Assembly (NCBI GenBank): GCA_050239825.1
Contig: JBFXGO010000008.1
Location: 39,342-62,868, forward strand
Source: a bacterium
GTDB taxonomy: Bacteria > Hydrothermota > 32-111
Length of the DNA stretch: 23,527 nucleotides
Direction of reading: 5' to 3'
In this document: piece by piece, positions 15,984 through 23,527 of the stretch
Layout: every line of letters begins with the position of its first letter
Numbering within the stretch: the first letter of the stretch is position 1
Notes under the pieces: model-generated
The model's input: only the letters and a program-made list of their open reading frames with translations
Database searches by the model: none
What the model was told of the DNA's origin: nothing
Program-made: the position numbers and the translations under genes

Positions 15984-16521
15984 CGCCAAGCATCCTTTTA
16001 AAAAGCATTCTTGCTCTGTGAAGGCGCGCTTTTACTCCGCCTTCGGTTATTTTCGTAATTTCAGATATCTCCTTCAGCGAGAGTCCGTCCACATCCTTCA
16101 GGACAAGAACCTCCCTGAATGTCTCCGGAAGCTTTGAAAGTACTGCATTCACCCTCTCTCTTACAGTCTCTTTCTCTTTCTCTTCAGATATGTCGGGTAT
16201 GTTCTTTTCGCTGTCGATTATGTCAAGATCGAAAAAAAGGAATCTCTTCTCTCTGCGAAACCTCTCCCTTGCCTCATTGAGCGCGATTGCGGCTATGTAT
16301 GTGTAGAGCGCTGATTCGCCTTTGAACGAGGGGGCCGCATTATACGCTTTTAGAAATGTATTCTGGAGTATGTCCTTAGCATCGTCTCTGTTTAGAACCA
16401 TTTTGTAAATCAAGTTGTAGAGTCTTTCCGAATACTCCTCCACCAAAAGAGAGAATGCCTCTTTGTCACGGTTTCTGAACTTTTCAATGAACTCTTTGCT
16501 ATTTAGATGCATAAACTTCAA
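15973..16521 (-). CDS. ECF-family RNA polymerase sigma factor
   Basis: Region 2 DAKDILQNTFLKAY...FKGESALYTY; region 4 LPETFREVLVL...GLSLKEIS...VKARLHRAR. Start could instead be ATG 16512. Confidence 0.95.
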   Translation of the reverse strand: MKFMHLNSKEFIEKFRNRDKEAFSLLVEEYSERLYNLIYKMVLNRDDAKDILQNTFLKAYNAAPSFKGESALYTYIAAIALNEARERFRREKRFLFFDLDIIDSEKNIPDISEEKEKETVRERVNAVLSKLPETFREVLVLKDVDGLSLKEISEITKITEGGVKARLHRARMLFKRMLGDEE

Positions 16522-16528
16522 AAAGGTT

Positions 16529-16960
16529 TCAATAAAAAATTGTATAGTAGCCGGTTTTTCTTTTTTTAAACCACGGGTCGCTTAAATTGTCTATCACAAC
16601 TCCTCTTGATGACGACGCATGGATGAACTTGTTGCCTCCCACAAGAATTCCAACATGCTTGGGATCTTTGAATGTCACAATGTCACCGATACCGGGATTA
16701 TCGGTCTTTTTGAATGATAGCTGCATTTCAGTCACAGTGCGCGGTATATCATAGTTGTTTTTTCGGTAAATAAACTGTGTGAAGCCCGAGCAGTCAAATC
16801 CCGCCGCAGTAGTGCCGCCATATTTATAAGGAGTCCCCAAATATTTTTTTGCATCATTGACAATTGATGCTCGTATCGAATTAATGCCGGATTTTGCAGG
16901 CGAAACACAGCCTGTAAAAAATAAAACAAATGCTATGGTAGAAAAAAACAATCTTTTCAT
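16529..16960 (-). CDS. NlpC/P60 (C40) cell-wall peptidase lipoprotein
   Basis: Lipobox FTGC; GTPYKYGG, GFDCSG, HVGI and FIHASS motifs. Confidence 0.95.
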   Translation of the reverse strand: MKRLFFSTIAFVLFFTGCVSPAKSGINSIRASIVNDAKKYLGTPYKYGGTTAAGFDCSGFTQFIYRKNNYDIPRTVTEMQLSFKKTDNPGIGDIVTFKDPKHVGILVGGNKFIHASSSRGVVIDNLSDPWFKKRKTGYYTIFY

Positions 16961-16966
16961 TAAAAA

Positions 16967-16995
16967 ATATTAACACAACACGGAAGTAAAATCAA
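16967..16995 (-). promoter_or_regulatory. Sigma70-type promoter (extended -10) immediately before the NlpC/P60 ATG
   Basis: Minus strand TTGATT-N17-TAATAT with TGn extension; 6 nt to the ATG. Confidence 0.55.
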
Positions 16996-17022
16996 TGAGA
17001 TTTGGAAGCTCCGATATTTCTA

Positions 17023-17050
17023 TTGAAAAATATCCTTTGAAATGTATAAT
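17023..17050 (+). promoter_or_regulatory. Sigma70-type promoter immediately before the AEC transporter ATG
   Basis: TTGAAA-N16-TATAAT; 7 nt to ATG 17058. Confidence 0.6.
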
Positions 17051-17057
17051 CTTTTAT

Positions 17058-17981
17058 ATGGCTGACATAATCTACTCGATTTTCGCTTTTTCAATATTCA
17101 TTCTTACCGGATTTGTTTTCTCAATAATAATCAATAAAAAATTCCCGCAGGAAAATATTTTCCGCTCCATTGAGATTATGCTCTTCACTTTGGGTTTGCC
17201 GGCTTTTTTATTTGTCTCTCTCTTCAAGTCCTACTCTTTAAACAATTCTTTCTCAGACATTCTCTATGCGCTTTTATTTACAGTTATCCTCCTTTTAAAC
17301 GCATCTCTTTCCGCATTAATAATGAAAGCCACTCTCAATAAAGAGACATTCACCAGAAGCGCATATCTTCTGCTTCTTCCGAATGTTTTTGTATTCCCCC
17401 TCCTTTTCATATTTGAAGAGTTCGGTTCCGCCCACTCTTCATTTTTCACTTTTGCTGTCTTCTCTGTCTTTTTCATTCCAGTTAATTTTGTAGTTGCCTC
17501 AGTCTTACACAGAAGCGAAAAAAAATCTGCGCTTATTAAAAAAAACTTTTCCCTACTCTTCATATCGCAGATTCTGGGATTGATTTGCGCCGTTCTATCC
17601 CTTCAGGACATAGTGCCGTTTTTCATAACATTTCAGTTTGACACAATCTCCCTTCTCGTGATACCATTGATGTTGCTATATCTCGGATTTTACATCGTGA
17701 AAGGTTTAAAACAGATTGGCAAAACAAACTGGCAGACCGTCGGCATATTCATTCTTCTCAAGCATATTCTGATGCCGCTTCTAACATTCATTTTCATCTA
17801 TGTCTTCAATATTGAGTACAGATTTGCCCTTATAATGATGCTTCTCTCATCTGCGCCTGCAGACCCGCGAGTAGCTTTTGAAAAAAATGATTCTCTGTCA
17901 ACTCAGATTTTCATCTATTCAACTGGAGCTTCCATCCTTCTAACACCCGTCGCCTATCATCTGCTCAACAAAATCTATTGA
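17058..17981 (+). CDS. AEC (auxin efflux carrier)-family transporter
   Basis: About 10 hydrophobic segments; LPAFLF, PN..PL, PLMLLYLG, LKHILMP, SAPA and STGASI resemble AEC motifs. Start set at ATG 17058, downstream of the promoter. Confidence 0.8.
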   Translation: MADIIYSIFAFSIFILTGFVFSIIINKKFPQENIFRSIEIMLFTLGLPAFLFVSLFKSYSLNNSFSDILYALLFTVILLLNASLSALIMKATLNKETFTRSAYLLLLPNVFVFPLLFIFEEFGSAHSSFFTFAVFSVFFIPVNFVVASVLHRSEKKSALIKKNFSLLFISQILGLICAVLSLQDIVPFFITFQFDTISLLVIPLMLLYLGFYIVKGLKQIGKTNWQTVGIFILLKHILMPLLTFIFIYVFNIEYRFALIMMLLSSAPADPRVAFEKNDSLSTQIFIYSTGASILLTPVAYHLLNKIY

Positions 17982-17990
17982 TTTTATCTC

Positions 17991-18018
17991 TTGATTAAGT
18001 TTCTTAAATAAGTAAAAT
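17991..18018 (+). promoter_or_regulatory. Sigma70-type promoter immediately before the phosphatase ATG
   Basis: TTGATT-N16-TAAAAT; 7 nt to ATG 18026. Confidence 0.55.
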
Positions 18019-18025
18019 TGAATTT

Positions 18026-18796
18026 ATGATTGATATACACTCCCATTTGCTCTACGGACTCGATGACGGAGCGCAGACCGTTGAAGAGACGATGGCAATG
18101 ATTCGTCTTGCATCGGCATCCTTTACGAAGGAGCTTGTCTTTACGCCCCATATAGCCGAGGAATTCAAGTTTACTCTTGATACTGCGGTTCAGCGATTCA
18201 AAGAAGTGCGAAAAAGAACCGCTGATGAAAACATTGATATTAAGCTTCATCTCGGATTCGAAGTGCGCCTTGACAAAGAAATAATCGCTTCTCATGAGTT
18301 CTACATAAACCGCCTCACCGTGAATAATGCCGGGAAATACATTCTTCTGGAGTTTCCCTTCCTCGACATACCCGCATACTATAAGGAGATTATAAAGTAT
18401 CTCACTTCAGCAGACATTACCCCTATAATCGTTCATCCTTTAAGAAACAGCAGAATAATACAAAATCCGTCGATAATAAAAGAACTCTGCTCTTTGGGAT
18501 GCCTTATGCAGTTCAATACGGATGATACTCGCGACCCCCGTTCATCTTCAATACTGCTCCGCATGCTGAAACAGGGACATGCGCATTTCATAGCGTCAGA
18601 CTCCCACTCTATAGACCTCAGACCTCCGATACTTTTAAATGCATACAGATTCATTGAGAAGAGAGCGGGTAAGAAGAGTGCGGAGATGCTCTTCGTTGAG
18701 AATCCAAAGAGAATGGTTGAAGGAGAGATAATAGACGAAGAGGACTTGCAAAAGCAGGGATTTTTTGATAGAATAAAGGATATTTTTAACAGATAG
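18026..18796 (+). CDS. PHP-family tyrosine-protein phosphatase (CpsB/CapC/YwqE-like)
   Basis: MIDIHSH...DDGA, TPH, LLEFP, HPxRN, ASDSH, RPP and ENP motifs. Confidence 0.92.
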   Translation: MIDIHSHLLYGLDDGAQTVEETMAMIRLASASFTKELVFTPHIAEEFKFTLDTAVQRFKEVRKRTADENIDIKLHLGFEVRLDKEIIASHEFYINRLTVNNAGKYILLEFPFLDIPAYYKEIIKYLTSADITPIIVHPLRNSRIIQNPSIIKELCSLGCLMQFNTDDTRDPRSSSILLRMLKQGHAHFIASDSHSIDLRPPILLNAYRFIEKRAGKKSAEMLFVENPKRMVEGEIIDEEDLQKQGFFDRIKDIFNR

Positions 18797-18803
18797 GTGC
18801 AAT

Positions 18804-19265
18804 ATGGAATTTCTTTATGAACTCTTGAATGAATCTCTCATCCGCTCGGACCTGAAATCCGCAGGAAAGGATGAGGTTCTAAATGAACTCGCGGAAATAC
18901 TTGTCTCCAACAAGATAATCACAGACAAGACAGCCCTGATGGACAAACTTATCGAGAGAGAGAAGATAGAGACAACCGGCGTGGGGCATGCAATTGCAAT
19001 TCCGCATGCAAGAACCGAAGCGATTAACGGTCTGGCTCTCTGTTTCGGCATTTCAAGAGAGGGAATCGATTATGACGCTCTTGACGGAAAGCCCGTTAAC
19101 ATTTTCTTTTTGATTGTTTCAAATGAAGAGAATAAAAACAGATATATTCAACTCCTTGCAAAAATCTCCAGAATATGCAGAAAAGACTCTTTTAGAGAAA
19201 AAGTTTTGAACAGCGAGTCGGAAAAAGAGATTTTAGAAATATTCAAGGAAGAAGAAAAATTCTAA
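18804..19265 (+). CDS. PTS IIA (Fru/Ntr family) component
   Basis: RE..TTGVG..IAIPHAR phospho-His motif; GIDYDALDGKPV. Confidence 0.93.
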   Translation: MEFLYELLNESLIRSDLKSAGKDEVLNELAEILVSNKIITDKTALMDKLIEREKIETTGVGHAIAIPHARTEAINGLALCFGISREGIDYDALDGKPVNIFFLIVSNEENKNRYIQLLAKISRICRKDSFREKVLNSESEKEILEIFKEEEKF

Positions 19266-21047
19266 ATGCCCAGGTTTGACATCGCGGTAATCGGAGGAGG
19301 CCATGCAGGCATTGAAGCTGTTTATACGGCAAGCAGGTTTCCGCTTAATGTGGCATTCATCACATTTGATAAAAATAAAATAGGATATCCCTCATGCAAT
19401 CCGTCCATCGGCGGAATAGCGAAAAGCCATCTTGTGTATGAACTTGATGTCTTCGGAGGGCAGATGCCGCAGATTGCAGATGCTGTTTCTATACACAGCA
19501 AACTTTTAAATTCAAGCAAGGGTCCCGCCGTCTGGTCGCTCCGCTCGCAGATTGATTCCAATGATTATCCAAAAGAGGCATTGAAAAGGCTTTTGGAAAT
19601 CGAAAATGTAACGATAATAGAAGATGAGGCAAGAGAGATATTGGCGGAAAATGGAAAGATAAAGGGCGTTCTTGCGGAAAGAGAGGGGCTGATAGAGACG
19701 GATGCTTTGATTGTCGCGACAGGAACATATTTAAACGGGCGAATTTTTATAGGAAGAGATTCGTTCAGCGCAGGAAGATTCAATGAAAAAGCATCAAATT
19801 TTCTCTCCGAATCATTTAATAAATTGGGAATTCTCATGATGAGGCTTAAGACCGGAACTCCTTCAAGGGCATACAGAAATTCCATTGATTTTTCTTTGCT
19901 GGAAGAGCAGAAAGGAGAAGACGACGCAGGCTCATTCTCTGTTTTGAGTGACGATATACCGAAAAACACAGAGAACTGCTACATAGGACGGACGAACAAT
20001 GAGACCCATGAAATAATAAAAAAGAATATTCACCTGTCGGCTTTATACTCCGGACTCATTACAGGCATAGGACCGAAGTACTGCCCGTCAATCGAGGATA
20101 AGGTGGTGAGATTCGCAGAGAGAGATTCCCACACTGTCTTTATTGAACCTATGGGAAGGGGAATCGACCTTGTTTATATAAACGGAACCTCTTCATCTCT
20201 TCCGGAGAGCGTACAGTATGAATTTCTGCGGACAATAAAGGGGCTGAAAAATGTCAAGTTCTCTCAACCCGGTTATGCAATAGAGTATGATGCTTTAAAA
20301 TCGCACCAGTTAAAATCCACACTTGAACTCAAAAATATTGAAAACCTCTATACTGCGGGGCAGATAAACGGAACAAGCGGATACGAAGAGGCTGCCGCTC
20401 AGGGATTTGTTGCAGGCTTGAACTGCGCAATGAAACTTCTAAAGAGAGAGGAAGTAGTCTTTGACAGATATACAAGCTATATTGGAGTTCTTACAGACGA
20501 TATAACAAAGAAAGAGATAACCGACCCATACAGGCTCTTCACCTCACGGTCTGAAAACAGACTCGTATTACGGCAGGATAATAATTTTTTGAGAATGCTT
20601 AATTTCGTCAATAAAATCGGAATTGAAAACGAAGCAGTAAGAACTTATAAAAAACTGATGAATGAATTCACATCTCTTTCAACTGAGTATTTTGACGAAA
20701 ATAATCACCTGAAATCAAAGTATAAAAACCTAAATGACCCGGCAAGAACATTTATAAAGTTTAAAGAGTTGTTTCCGAACAATTCGAGAAGAGCGGCACT
20801 CGCTCTTTATTCAGAAATAAAGTATGCGGGATATATAGAAAGATACAAGAGAATGACACAGAGAATACTCGAAAGCAAAGATTTGATGCTTGGCAACAAA
20901 GAACAGCTTTTCTCATCTTTGATTATTTCAAAGGAAGCAAAAGAGATTCTGAAAGCGCCCGATATTTTGAGTGTAAAGGATTTGTTCGGAAGAATAGACC
21001 CTTCTGATATCGAAAATCTACTTCTGGTGATGAAAAAAAAGAGTTAG
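19266..21047 (+). CDS. mnmG: tRNA uridine-5-carboxymethylaminomethyl modification enzyme MnmG (GidA)
   Basis: GGGHAG, SCNPSIGG, RLKTGT, GPKYCPSIEDK, AGQINGTSGYEEAAAQG and PYRLFTSRSE motifs. Confidence 0.97.
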   Translation: MPRFDIAVIGGGHAGIEAVYTASRFPLNVAFITFDKNKIGYPSCNPSIGGIAKSHLVYELDVFGGQMPQIADAVSIHSKLLNSSKGPAVWSLRSQIDSNDYPKEALKRLLEIENVTIIEDEAREILAENGKIKGVLAEREGLIETDALIVATGTYLNGRIFIGRDSFSAGRFNEKASNFLSESFNKLGILMMRLKTGTPSRAYRNSIDFSLLEEQKGEDDAGSFSVLSDDIPKNTENCYIGRTNNETHEIIKKNIHLSALYSGLITGIGPKYCPSIEDKVVRFAERDSHTVFIEPMGRGIDLVYINGTSSSLPESVQYEFLRTIKGLKNVKFSQPGYAIEYDALKSHQLKSTLELKNIENLYTAGQINGTSGYEEAAAQGFVAGLNCAMKLLKREEVVFDRYTSYIGVLTDDITKKEITDPYRLFTSRSENRLVLRQDNNFLRMLNFVNKIGIENEAVRTYKKLMNEFTSLSTEYFDENNHLKSKYKNLNDPARTFIKFKELFPNNSRRAALALYSEIKYAGYIERYKRMTQRILESKDLMLGNKEQLFSSLIISKEAKEILKAPDILSVKDLFGRIDPSDIENLLLVMKKKS

Positions 21048-21301
21048 TGTCCGCAGGAGCATCCGTCATCGCATTTATGCTTTGCGCATGTCTTTGAGGA
21101 TTCCTTCTTTTCGCTCCCTTTCTTTTTATAATCATTCACATAGAAACCCTCTCCGTTGAATATGATGTTTCCGTTTGTGCTCATCTGCTTTTTTGCCGGA
21201 GCGCCGCACTTGGGACACTTCACATCGGGAGTCTCTGACATCTTATGAAAAACATTAAAGACATTTTTGCACTTCAAACATATGTAATCATAATTCGGCA
21301 T
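21044..21301 (-). CDS. FmdB-family zinc-ribbon regulatory protein
   Basis: MPNYDYICLKC...CPKCG...FNGEGFYVNDY; Cys-rich tail. Confidence 0.9.
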   Translation of the reverse strand: MPNYDYICLKCKNVFNVFHKMSETPDVKCPKCGAPAKKQMSTNGNIIFNGEGFYVNDYKKKGSEKKESSKTCAKHKCDDGCSCGH

Positions 21302-21309
21302 AATTCTCC

Positions 21310-21339
21310 AAAAAAGAGGCGGGCCTAAAAGACCCGCCT
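21310..21339 (-). terminator. Intrinsic terminator after groEL
   Basis: Minus strand AGGCGGGTC-TTTTA-GGCCCGCCT followed by CTTTTTT. Confidence 0.85.
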
Positions 21340-21353
21340 TTATCTATTTTTGA

Positions 21354-22991
<1,638 letters not shown>

Positions 22992-23000
22992 TTACCTCCG

Positions 23001-23291
23001 TTATTTATTTACTATTGCCAGTATGTCTGTGCAATCCATTATAAGATACTCTTCGCCGTTTATCTCAATTTCGGTGCCCGAGTACTTTCCGAAGAGCACG
23101 ATGTCTCCGGATTTTACATCAGCATCTTTTCCGTCAAGTTTCTTTGATGCGGCGATTACTTCACCCTGCTGGGGTTTCTCTTTCGCAGTGTCAGGAATGA
23201 TTATAGAACCCTTCTTGACTTCTTTTTCTTCCAGCCTCTTGATGAGCACTTTGCCATTGATCGGCTGAATTTTGTTCTCCTTCTGAGTCAT
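23001..23291 (-). CDS. groS: Co-chaperonin GroES
   Basis: IIIPDTAKEKPQQGEV, VLFGKYSGTE and DILAIV motifs; AAGGAGG RBS. Confidence 0.98.
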   Translation of the reverse strand: MTQKENKIQPINGKVLIKRLEEKEVKKGSIIIPDTAKEKPQQGEVIAASKKLDGKDADVKSGDIVLFGKYSGTEIEINGEEYLIMDCTDILAIVNK

Positions 23292-23350
23292 AAATAAACC
23301 TCCTTTATAGTTACTTTATGTTTTTTCTTTTTTTTGCGTAATAGTGCTAT

Positions 23351-23378
23351 AATTTAACTGATATATCAAAAATGTCAA
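23351..23378 (-). promoter_or_regulatory. Putative groES-groEL promoter
   Basis: Minus strand TTGACA-N16-TAAATT. Confidence 0.55.
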
Positions 23379-23527
23379 GAGGTATTTTTCGAGGGGACGG
23401 TGCTTGACATTTTGACATTTTTATTTCTTTAATTTTATTGTATAAACCATACTCCGTCCCTAAAGTTAAGTTATGGATATTTCAGAGGTTGATAGATCGA
23501 TGCCGCGTAAATTTTTTTACTTTTTCT

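Noticed and set aside
23324..23350. Complete CIRCE element
   Set aside because: Only one degenerate arm is present; the partner arm 9 bp away is absent.
23404..23418. CtsR operator (GTCAA direct repeats on the minus strand)
   Set aside because: The repeat period is 8 bp rather than the 10 bp of the CtsR heptad repeat; better explained as -35 boxes.

Overview
AT-rich bacterial chromosomal window, probably from a diderm (lipoproteins plus one beta-barrel-like protein); taxonomy cannot be fixed from this sequence. It opens with the 3' part of one tRNA (probably Arg) and a complete tRNA-Lys(CTT). These are followed by a ~430 bp non-coding tract built from copies of the tRNA-Lys T-arm in both orientations, each interrupted in the T-loop by a hairpin-like insert, with an exact 93 bp direct repeat and a heptamer tandem repeat. 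Next come a secreted metallophosphoesterase, a full-length pseudogene with four in-frame stops and no frameshift, a small secreted protein, an unannotated 51-aa basic ORF and a lipoprotein. The middle holds pdxJ-SPOR lipoprotein-folC; a DegT aminotransferase/Gfo-Idh-MocA/priming sugar transferase/ABC exporter operon; and an NlpC/P60-ECF sigma-ZAS anti-sigma-PDO-trxB-glutaredoxin-TlpA thiol-redox operon. The window ends with an AEC transporter, CpsB-type phosphatase-PTS IIA-mnmG, an FmdB zinc-ribbon gene and groES-groEL. No integrase, transposase, cas gene or prophage gene is visible. The most unusual elements are the tRNA-derived repeat tract, the ArfA/BrfA-like small ORF, the nonsense-riddled pseudogene, and three adjacent genes that look leaderless.
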